Shown in pieces: positions 37,210-48,995 of a stretch of 64,000 bases of DNA. This DNA comes from the human T2T-CHM13v2.0 reference genome, Homo sapiens, in NCBI RefSeq assembly GCF_009914755.1, contig NC_060926.1. One strand, given 5' to 3'. The notes below the pieces were generated by a model. That model did not search any database and was not told where the DNA came from. It saw only the letters and a program-made list of their open reading frames with translations. Each line of letters opens with the position of its first letter. Within the stretch, counting starts at the first letter, position 1. The position numbers and the translations under genes were made by a program.

Positions 37210-39373
37210 AAGACACCACAAAAGCCATTTTGTCCTAAACCTCATTGCCTAAAAGACTTGAAAATCTAAATTCTCTAGAGGAATGGTTTCATGGTGGTTG
37301 GAAATGTGGCAATCCATCTAGTCTCAACCTAATTTTTTTTCAGTGATTTGTACTCTAGGAATAGCTATCCAGATTTTTCACAGGGCTTCAAATTGCATTT
37401 CATTTCTCCTTCATTAAGAAACCTGCATGATTTGCATTCTGTCCATCTGTCCAAGTTCATTTCATCTCTCTGAGGAGTTGACCTGTCTTTCTGCTTAGTA
37501 CATATAATTGGTTTTGATGTCCATGTTAGATCAAGTTTAATTATCAGGTGGCCAATAGTCCCCAATGGCTTAGTTATTTCAAGTTTACTCATTTAGAATA
37601 TATTGTTATTTAACAACACATCAGAACTGAAATTATTGTAGTTAGAGTCTGTCATTTAAGCCTTTAAATCATACCCACAGTACATTATAGTTTTGTTCAC
37701 TAATTACTAAGTATATTATGAAAAAGCAAATTAACATTTTGAAAATAAGCAGCCAGCATTATACTCATGAAAGTGGAAAAATACTTTTTTTTCCCTTCTC
37801 ATTGGGAAGACTTTAAATTTAATCTTTTTTTCTTACTTTAACATTTACATTTCTTGTTGAAATAGAAGCACAGATTCTTGGTCTCAGTCGACTAGAGAAT
37901 CATGTACTTCACTGAAGATCACTATTAGACCAAATAACTAGTAATCTGATCTGGTGTTAATTTTAGTCTCTGCTTCAATAACTCTTCTCTGAAGTCTCCT
38001 AAGCAGATGGGGTGATCTTATTCCTAATATTACCCACTGTTCTCCCCCCGCTAGTTCACCATTTGTTATAATCTGAGACACTCCTGATTCTTTTTTTTTT
38101 TTTTCATGAGAATATTCCCTGAAAGGGTTACGGACATGGACAAATATTCTCTCATCTATCCAATGGTGCAGCAGAGGCTCTCATTACTTAAATGTAGTTC
38201 CCCCAAAAAAATATTAAGAAGAAGGGTGATGAATATTGTATAAACTGTTTTTTAAGACAGGATCAAAGATTGAATTCCTTCCCAGGGTTGCTGAGACTGT
38301 ACAGACCTGAAAGATTCTAACTAGTGCCTAGTATAGCACCTGGGATACAGTAGGCCCTTGGTAAATGTATTTTCAATCAATAAGTTAATATTTTCAGGAA
38401 AAAAAACACTATAAAAAACAATTTGGCAAGGAGAACCATCAACATTAGATGTTGCATATATTCTGAACTATTAAAGTAGACATGAAGTATGAAATAGAGT
38501 CAGATGACATTGAGGAAGAAGCACATTTCCCTACCTAAGAATCTGCAGGCAGCTAAAAGAAAGTAGGTGCATAGCATCTGAAATCTTCACAGTGCAGGCA
38601 ACCAAATTCAAGAGATGTAGTTTCTTTATGATATCACCATTTATGGTTTAGCTCTGATGGAAGTTTCCCTCAAAAGACAGCAATGGCAGAATTTGCCCCA
38701 ATTGCTTCGACCTGCCCCAGGATGCAACTTATGAGGCCTGCTTTGCAGACAATTGTGATGGTGTGATCATTTCTTCTGGGGCAGGCTCAGTGGTATCGTA
38801 GTCTTTTGAATTGGAAGCAGTAAGAGTGAAAAATATAAATACAATCCAACTGTTAATCTCCTTGATCCCTTCAAGACAATATGCTAATTTTATGCAGGAG
38901 AACATTCATAATCACATGATATTGTTCTTTAAAATCAAAGGTTACATTCTCCTTTGCATTTTCAAAAATATTTTACTCCATATTGCCTTAGAATCCTCTA
39001 ATAAGATTTCCTATACTGTACTTTCAATTTGATTTTTTAAATTTGTTTTTTCTTAACTAGTTTTATATTTACTTATGAGGTAATTTTCATAATGCATAAT
39101 TTATGCTACACTGAAAGATGGAATCAATGATCTTAAATAGAAATGAAAATGTTTCATGTTTCAAATTTGTTTTGGCTGATAGTTTTATGACTATATTATT
39201 TTTATTTTTTGGACTTTTTTATTTTATGGAATATATCTGTAGCTAATCTTTCCTTAAAATTACTTGCCCATTTGAAAGGCTTATTTTATAGGCATATGAG
39301 ATTTCTCTTTTGCTATCTCCTGAAGCCAGAAGACTTGCTAATGTTTAGGTATCTTTATTTCTCTTAGGATGGG

Positions 39374-39815
39374 TATCAGTTAGTGTTACATTTGGCTGCA
39401 AGTAAAACAGTCCCAGAAAACAACAGCTTACATAAGATGTCACTGATTTTTCTCTTAAATAAAAGAAGAAAAGAAGTAATCCAGGATGAGCATACTTGGC
39501 AGTATGTACTTAAACTGACTCCAGTGGTGCACTAGGCTTTGGCATTTGTCCTCAGATCCAAGATGGACACCAGAGCTCAAGACCACATCCACAGCAGGAC
39601 AGACAAAGAGAGAAAGAACAGCCCATCATCTCCCTCTAAGGGGACCTCCCAGAAGTCTCATGTAACATTTTTATGTATATCTTACACAACTTGGTCTCAG
39701 GACCACATCTACATTTAAGGAAATTCTGGAAATGCAGTTTTTGCTAAACACATAGAAAAATCAACATTACCTTTCATGGAAAATCGGGAGAATAAATGTC
39801 AAGACGAAATCAATG
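39374..39815 (-). mobile_element. Old MLT1 LTR (MLT1K/L-like)
   Basis: TCAGTTAG...TTGGCTGCAAGTAA...CAAGATGG...CCCAGAAGTC...CTGGAAATGCAG. Confidence 0.55.
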
Positions 39816-40747
39816 GTTTCTAAACATGGGGGTTTAAAGAGATGCTTGTAATTGCAAGGTCATGCTGAATTCCTAGGCCAACGGTAGCTGATGGAATCAG
39901 AGTCAGTATAACAAGAGTAGGAAGTTATATGCATAAGTATTTGCTGAATGAGAAACACGAATGATGGAGTAATGTGTTTCTGATGTAACTTAAATGGATG
40001 ACAAATATTTGACTTCATTCTGCTCTGTTTCAAGAACTTCCTGTCTATCCCTCAGCCTGTGTTGTTAAATGCCAGGAAGTCTGGTTGAAATTTGACTGGA
40101 ATGGGGATCAATAGTTGTCAGCCTGGTCATAGTTTGCCCCTACTCGCTAAGTGACCTTGAATTATTCACTTTTATTGAGACTGGGTTTCCCCATTTATAA
40201 AATAGGCATAAAATACATTTTTATTGATTCACTCATTCATTCAACAGATATTTATTGATTCGTTTTTAGGTACTAGCCCTAGTGCTGGACCCTAGGAAGG
40301 TAACCAAAACACAGTGCATGCTCTCCCAGAGTTTAGCAGAGAAGATTGACTGAAAATAATCTCCAAATTAATGTATTTTTATAAATGATTATAAAGTAAA
40401 TGCAGGGTGGTATAAAATCTAATGAAGTCCCTAACTTAATTCACAAGGCTTGTGTAAGAGCAATATGCAATGTTCATCATGGTGTTGTCTGACAGGAAAT
40501 GAGTGCTCAATGTGTTTTAGTTCCTTCCCCATCCTCCTTAAGTCAGAGGAGTAAAAACATGCACAGCTGAATAAAGTACAGCATCATCTCTATGGCAGTA
40601 AGTTCTGACAACTTTGTACTGCAATCAATCAGATCCAATGCATGCAGGTGAAAGATTGACCTGTTTGGAGGAGAAAGGGGAGTCAAGGAAGATTTGATAT
40701 AAGATGTCACATTTAAACCAGATCTGTTAGAATAAAGATAGGCAACA

Positions 40748-41050
40748 GGCTGGGCACAGTGGCTCACTCCTATAATCTTAGCACTTTGGGAGGCTGAGGC
40801 AGGAGAATCACTTGAGCCCAGGAGTTTGAGATCAGCCTGTACAACATAGTAAGACCCTGTCTTTACAGAAAAAAATTCTCTTAATTAGCCAGACATGGTG
40901 GCATACACTTGTAGTCTCAGCTACTCAAAAGGCTGAAATGGGAGGACTGCTTGAGCTCAGGAGGTCAAGGCTGCAGTGAGCTGTGATCACACCACTGCAC
41001 TCCAGCCTGGGAAATAAAACGAGATCCTGTCTCAAAAAAAAAAAAAAAAA
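40748..41050 (+). mobile_element. AluJ SINE
   Basis: Full dimer, GGAGGTCAAGGCTGCAGTGAGCTGTGATC, poly(A). Confidence 0.95.
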
Positions 41051-41912
41051 GACAGATAATAATGGATGCTGGTGAGGATGCAGAAAAAGGGGAACCCTCA
41101 TACTCTATTGGTGGGAATGTAAATTAGTACAGCCACTATGGAAAACAGTATGAAGGTTCATCAAAAAATCTAAAAATAAATCTACCATATGATCCAGCAA
41201 TCTCATTGCTGGGTATATACCCAAAAACAAAAAATCAGTACCTCAAAAAAAGTCTGTACTGTTTTTTTTGTATTAATAGTGCTGTTTACTGCAGCACTAT
41301 TCATAATAGCAAAGACATGGAATCAACCTGTGACCACCAACAGATGAATAGATTTAGAAAATATGGTGTCTTTTGGAATATATCACCACAGAATACTACT
41401 AAGCCATAAAACAATGAAATTTTTTCATTTGCAACAATATGGATAGAACTGGAGGATATTACATTAAGTGAAATAGGACAGTCACAGAAAGTCAAATATC
41501 ACATGTTCTCATTCATATGTGGGAGCTAAAGGATAATTGACCTCATGGAGTTAGAGAGTAGAATGATGGCTACAAGAGATTGGGAAGGGAAGTAGGGAGG
41601 GTGGATAAAGAGGGTATAGTTAATGGGTACAAACATACAATTAGATAGAAGGAATAAGATCTAGTGTTTGGCAGCAAAACAGAGCGACTATGGTTAAAAG
41701 TAATTTATTGTATATCTCAAAATAACTAAAAGAGTAGAATTGAAATGTTCCTAACACAAAGAAATGGTAAATGCTTGAAGTAATGAATATTCCAATTACC
41801 CTAAGTTGACCATTATGCATTGTTAGCTTATCTCAAAATATCTCATGCATTCCATAAATAAGTGCAACTACCATGTATCCACAATAATTAAAAAAAAAAA
41901 AAAAAAAAAAAA
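41051..41912 (+). mobile_element. L1MA 3' fragment with poly(A) tail
   Basis: GGTGGGAATGTAAATTAGTACAGCCACTATGGAAAACAG; L1MA-type 3'UTR TTAGATAGAAGGAATAAGATCTAGTG; A-tract 41890-41912. Confidence 0.92.
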
Positions 41913-44900
41913 CAGAATAATGAGGATTAAACCAAGAAGGGAAGTGGAGGAATTTTCAAGAGAGGGAATAGACTGAGATGTGATGATTCTAAGGTGTCTT
42001 GGGCTTCTACATAAATGGAAAGCCCATTCCATTTGCTCTCCCTCAGTTTTCTCAGCCTCAGTTTTCTATGCCCCCTTCACTCTTTAGTGTGCTTCCTTTT
42101 CACCCATTAAGAACTTAATGCCTTCAAAGTGTCCTTCTCTTTCCCTTTTGGGAAAAAAAAAAGAATCCACTCACTCTGGGAAGTACATAATATGCCAACT
42201 TGAAAACTCTTTAATCCAACAGTATAATAAGATTTATAAAATCCAAAGAGCCTACAAAAGCCAATGTTATTTTGAAGCTAAATGCTAAAAACTTCAAACC
42301 AATTATAAGCTAAAAACTAGATAGCTCAATTACAGTTACAGAACCTCATAAATGTTGAAACTATTTCCTAAAATGATTGAAACTAATCTCATGCCACTAA
42401 ATTAAGTAGTTTTGGAAAATGAGTATGTGGGTATTATTTTTTGATAATAATTTACTAAAATTAAGGTTTGCATCTAGTGGACCCATTTTGTGAGGAAAAA
42501 GAAGGAAGAAAAGCATACATAAAAATGAGGACATCATCCACCCAAGTATGATATGGTAGACTAAACAAATAGGTATAAAAGAAAAAGCAATATAAAATCA
42601 CAGTACCTAAATGAACGGAGTAAAGTCAAAAAAAAAATCAGCAATGGGTTTGAAATTGAATGCCATTGGAATTGTGTTGGGAGCTATTCAAAACAAAATT
42701 AAAATTCCAAATCATGTTCAGTCAAGATTAAAGAGTCGATGAAGCTCTTAATGTTGGAATTTAAGTCATCAGCAAAAAGGAGGAAGAGATATTTGGAAAG
42801 CAATGGGGCTTTGTGCTCCCCCAAGATATGTTAACATTGATAAAAATCTTCTTCCCTGAGCAGTAGCACATTGTAATCCCTGCCTGCACCCTTGCTCATA
42901 TTCTCCTTTAGGTTTTAAAAAGTTGTCCCATAGCATGAGTTGAATGTATGCATGGCGCAGACTATATCAGACACCAGGGAACCTAGGTCATGTAGCTAGG
43001 TCATCTAACTTCCTTTTATGCATAGCCCACTGTATCATTGCTAGGACTTGTTCAGTGCTACTTCAAGTGATGCCTAGGATTTTGAATTGGTGCCACTTGT
43101 AACAACCAACTTATTAGATGATTTGAGAGTGATTTTAATAATCAAATATGCATAGAACATAAAGAAAAGGAAATATCATTATAGCCACTTTGTACAAATT
43201 TCACAAAAACATTAGTCCTCTACATTGCATTCTCCAGATGGCATGCAACCACCCAAACCAAGGGCATTTTTCTTCTATACTCATTTTATTATTGAGTTTA
43301 TTAGTGAGTAAAACAGATTATAATGAAATACTTTCACAGGTTAAGGACAAAAGGGCATAATTACCATTTTAGGGGATCTTTCTCTTCTGTCAGCCATTTC
43401 TTGAAGGTCCTCATGGAGATAAGAACAAGTGATTATTTTAAAAAATTAAAAATCCTAGAAAAAACAAAAAATGGTATCAGTCATGGTGCTATGAAAGCTT
43501 AGGTAATGATGGTATGAGAATAAATATATTAAAAAGTTTTACTACAACAAGTTGTAGTAACACTTGTTACTACAAGTTACTACAACATCATCTAACTATG
43601 ATACACCCTGCAATTGTACGTGAGTGACAGGCAGCTTAGAGAGCTTTAATATCTATTAACTTATCTATTTGCTCACTTTACTTATTTACATTGTTCATTA
43701 ATTGGTTTCTACAAAAGTAGGCTTACTTTGTTTCTTTTTATCTGTTTCCTTCTATTTTTGCAGGAACCATCTGGGCTGAGTACAGTAATTCACTAGGGCA
43801 CAAATGATAATGATTTTGATGAAATTAAACGGTCATGTCCTCGTTAGGATTCCTTGTTGGTAGGCTTTTGTATACTACCCACTAGTTATTGGATATTTTC
43901 TTTAAAAAAATTATCTTGAAATTATATTGTGAGTATGCTGTGATAATGCACAAGGCAGCGTCACAATCTCTTATCTCTTCTTTAAAATGATTTGGGTTTA
44001 GGTATCTTATTTTTATCACATTCCAGAAAGACATTGTTTTCTTAATTGGTATGCTAGTACTCTCCTGGCACCATTCCTGCATTCAAAGCCATATTTGTTT
44101 TTCATATCTAAGATTTCTATTTTTATATTCATCAGATTTGGTAACTGATTTTCTGTTTTGCTATAATTTGTACATTCTGCTCAGTTTGTTAGGCTCCTCT
44201 AAACCTTATGTTTTAATCTTATTCTTTCTATCTCTCTTATTTTTCCTTTTTATGTGACTTCATCTTTTTAAACAAAACAATTGTCACTGAATTTTCTCTG
44301 CTGGTATTATCATTCAAATATTCCTGAATTTTAACTTGCATAAATTTTTTAAGTATATCTAGTTAATGAATTATTTATGACCAACTTCTTAGCTAGGATC
44401 TTCATTTTGCACTACATTGTCCAACTATCCCCTGATAAATCTAATGGTGAATTTGTCATTAGTAGGTACTATGTCTCTAACCTGAGTGACGCTCTTAGCA
44501 GTGGGCTTGAACTCCCTGCCAACTGAGCTGCTACCTTGGTTAGAATAAGATTTAGGAAAATCTGGCAAAGATAATAAAGGATTTCCAAAATATCAGCAGC
44601 CTACTAACATTGAACTATATTAGTGTCAGCATCACCTGATGCAAACAAGCAAAAACATTACAGAATAACAGAATATAACCAAGGATATCTGTGAAAATTC
44701 AAACTTCAAATGAATTTGGAAACAAGAAAACATTTTGCAGCACAAAAGAATAACAATTCAAGAACAATCAGAGCTAAACTTGACTTGAAAAGATTTTTCA
44801 CACTGTATACAAAAAGAAGAGAGATCCTGTGAAATCTATTTTAAAGAAACAAAGGAGGGCTTTGGCATTAAACAAGAGAAGGCAATGAATATATCTTTAC

Positions 44901-46373
44901 AAATGAAAAATATGCAAAAGTAAAATTAAAATAATCGTTGAAATTATTAAAATGTACAATAAGAAATGCAGAAAAACAATAGAAAGAAGAAAGAAAGGAA
45001 AATGACAAACAGGTCATGGAGAAAAGACTGTGGGTGTCTAACTTGCGAATAATACAAAGTCTTAAAGAAAACAGAATAAAAACTAGGGAACTGATCATCA
45101 TAATTACATGCAGTTCTTAAGAGTTCTCAGCCTCATAAGTTCATAAAGGATTTCAGGCAAAATACAAAGATATTCTCCATTTTTACATTAAATAACATGA
45201 CTGCTCCAGTAATTTGGATCATGGTTTACTTGCAATTTTATTCTACAGTTTTATGTATAGAGTTCTTATCCATCTCTTATTAAAGCTACTTTCATGTATT
45301 TTACATTTTTGTTACTAATGTGAAGGAAATATCAGTTTTCTTATTTCTTTTCCTAGCAAATTATTGCTTTGAGGTACGTATCTTTAAACCTTCTAATATG
45401 CTAAATTTATGCTAGACCCAGTACATTTTAGCTTATTCTTTTACATTAATTTGCTATATTGTATTATTCAAATTCTTCTTTGAATATTTATTCTCATTGG
45501 TTTTCCCACATCTTATTCTAACAATTTAAATTTTTTAAATAACTAAATAAGAATGATAAGACTAGAAATGATTTTTTTGTATCTGTTTCCAAAAGGAGTA
45601 CCTAGGATTTTCACCTACAAGTACAAAATTGATTCCTAATTTAACATAGATCAACTTTGTCACTTTATAGAAGTAATATATTTTTATTTTAAAAATGAAT
45701 ATTTGTTGTCAATAGTGGTTAAATATTACCAAGTGTTATAACATTTGGACTTTTTTCTTCTTCAAGTTTTAAAATTATTGATCTATGAGTAGATTTGTTA
45801 TTTCTCTCAATTTACTATCTTGGGTTTGAAATATTTCAGAAATTGAGCACGTCCCATTCAAACATTATAGATATTTTTATTTGCTTGTTATTTTGTTTTT
45901 CATAAGTTAATAAAGGAAACTTTATTATTTGTATTTGGAGAAGATAAGCTAAAGGGAATCTGAAAATGAAGGTGAGTAAAGTCACCTTTAGGCATATATT
46001 TTGAAAGTGTATAAAATAAATGCAGTATATATTATTAAAAAAAATAAAAGTGCATAACAGCACTTTTATTAAATAGTATCACCGTGAATAAAAAAACAAA
46101 ATTAGAAAATGTAAGATAAACAATAACTAAAGTAATTAGATAGAAATTCAATAATTAAATATGATGCAACTAAGTATGAATAAAATACCTAATTGTTAAA
46201 CTGTACCATCAACCAAAAGTACTTTCCAGGATCTGAGTTAACTATCTCTTTATCTGACAGTCTGCACTCTCCTGACCAGTTAAAGGGATTCATTTTTTTT
46301 TAATTCTAAAGAGTAAAGAAAAATTTATTCTGTAATCTTGTTATTGTATGTGTATGTGTGCTGTATTTGCCTT

Positions 46374-46379
<6 letters not shown>

Positions 46380-46404
<25 letters not shown>
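46380..46404. repeat. (GT)n microsatellite
   Basis: About 12 GT units. Confidence 0.95.
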
Positions 46405-46410
<6 letters not shown>

Positions 46411-47319
46411 TAGAGAAGGAATCAGAATGCATATGGCATTCTGCTTGACTAACGCAACTTCATTCTTAGCAGTCTTTTTATTTTCAAAGGTTTTGCAAAA
46501 ACTGAGATCATAATTTATACTGAAAACATTACTTGCGGTTCTTTAAATGCTCTCTTAGTCTAGCTGATCTCCATCTCCAGTTTTATCTTCCCAAGTGGCT
46601 ATTCTCTTATACTAACTTGATATACTCTGAAATGTTCATATTAGCATTTTGTTTGAAAAGGAAATGGGCATTTATATATTTGGAGTAAACCAATCACATC
46701 TAATTTTCTATATTATTGCATTGCTTCTTGCTGTTTGAGGGTGGTAGCTACGAGCTGGAAATAATTCCACTCACTAGAGATTACTGTAATAGTAATAATG
46801 GGGAAGGAAGGACAGACAAACATCCCAAGATTAAACATAGGCCCAGTAAGTCCTGATGGCGCTTGAAGGTGGATGAGTGCCCTGAGACCAAGGATTGGCT
46901 CTGTAAATGGAGATTTAAATTATACTAGATGTTACAAGATGTTGTCAAGAAGCCTTGACAACAGTGCAGAGAGGGTGAAAGAAAGAACCCTAAAAGGTAA
47001 CCCTATTGTATACTTTGTCTTCATTGAGAGATTTCCCTTTTAAATGTAACTATGTAATATTTTTTAAAGATATTATGGAGTAGACAAGAGTAAAAAAATG
47101 AGACCTCAGAAACAAGAACATTAGACAAAGGGGATGATAAACGAAACAGTAACTACTAATCCTAAGAGTAGGGAGAAACAGCTGGCTGAGCTGAATTAAC
47201 CTACTGAAACTTATGACAAAACCTCTACTCAGTGTTTTCCTGCTGAAGGGAAAATTCCTTGTGAATGAGGTTTTTGTCTTTCTGTTCACCATAACAGTCA
47301 AAGCATACACTGCAGTCAA

Positions 47320-47690
47320 TGCATGCATTCATCCTTCAGTAAATATGTACCCAACATGCATGTTTCTGTGTGCCAGGCACTATTCTAGTCCCGCTTTACA
47401 TCCGTGAATAAAAGAGAAATGTTTGACATTGGACACTTTACATTTCAGAGCAGTGAGATACACAATAAATACAAGTAACTAAATTATATAGTGTGTTAAA
47501 AGATGGTCAGTGATATGGAAAAAAAATTAGATGAGGGTAAGGGAAAATGAGAATGCAAGAATGAGTGGTACAATTAAAATGGAGTGTTCAAGGAAGATTC
47601 CATTGGGAAGGTTATATTTCAGCAGGCTTGAAGGTGATGCAGGAGTAAGCTGTACGACTATCTGAGGAAAGTGAATTCCAAACAAGTTGC
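47320..47690 (-). mobile_element. L2 3' fragment
   Basis: CATTCATCCTTCAGTAAATATG...TGTGCCAGGCACTATTCTAG. Confidence 0.75.
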
Positions 47691-47758
47691 TGCCTTTTTA
47701 GGATATAAGTTTTCAAAGTAAAGCTTAAATAACTGCTATATTTAAAAAGAAGAATGCT

Positions 47759-48055
47759 GGCCAAGTGAGGTGGCTCACGCCTGTAATCCCAGCACTTTGG
47801 GAGGCCAAGGTTGGCAGATCATGAGGTCAGGAGTTCAAGACCAGCCTGACCCACATGATAAAACCCCATCTCTACTATAAATACAAAAAAAAAAAATTAG
47901 CTGGGTATGATGGCATGCACCTGTAATTCCAGCTACTCAGGAGGCTGAGGCAGAAGAATTGCTTGAACCCGGGAGGTAGAGATTGCAGTGAACTGAGATC
48001 ACGCCACTGCACTCCAGCCTGGGCGACAGAGTGAGACTGTCTCGGAAGAGAAAGA
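47759..48055 (+). mobile_element. AluS (AluSg-like) SINE
   Basis: GATCATGAGGTCAGGAGTTC; TSD AAAAAG(A/C)AGAATGCT. Confidence 0.96.
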
Positions 48056-48995
48056 AAAAAGCAGAATGCTGAGAGTTTGGAAATAAAGCAATTTTTAAGT
48101 CTTACTAAAATCCATCTTAAACCCTAATCCTTTTTCTTGGACAAATGAATACACTTTTTCTAACTTCATTTTCTTAATTATGTAATAGATTTTTAAATAA
48201 TATCTATCATTTAGGTGTATGATGCATGAAAATACTCTTCTTACAAGGCTTAACTCATAGTGCCTATTAAATAAAAATGAGTTATTCATTCATAAAACAA
48301 ATATTTATAGAATGATGGTGATCTTGATTCAAAAATCATTCTCTTCTGTTCACAGCAAATTGACTTTTTTCCTTTTCAGTAGGAAAATTTTAAATAGTTT
48401 TAGAATTACCTAAATTTCTAAAATGGCCATTACATAACTTAAGATTCATTAACTTGTCATGTCTTAAATGTGCTATTTAGGAATTTATCATTAATTATTT
48501 AAATTTCCTTTCATTCTCAAAGAACTTCTATTCAAATTTAAAGATACGATTATCCACTATGAAGTGACCCCATTCATTAATTCATTTATTCAATCACCTT
48601 TAATTTATTCTACCAATATTTGTTGAGTGACCTGTACCTCAAGTGGTCCCTTAGTGGTGCCTAACAATCATCTTATAGTCTTTAATCTATTTTTTCCTCC
48701 ATTCTCCTGGAAATCATGGCTATATTCTTCTTATGTGGAAGCTTAGACACCCAAGTGTGATGTCTCCAGTGAACGAAGACTATTATGAGCTGGGCATGGA
48801 AGTCCATATCATCACTTCTGCTATACTCCATTGCTCAGTCACAAGTTTACTCAGATTTAAGAGAAGGTCAATTATATCTCTTTCTTGTTAGTAGAGTATC
48901 AAAGAATTTACAGACTATGTTTTAAAATTGCCATTGTCTGACCTCTGGCCATACATTATTTATATTATTTTCACATGGAAAATATACTCACCCTC

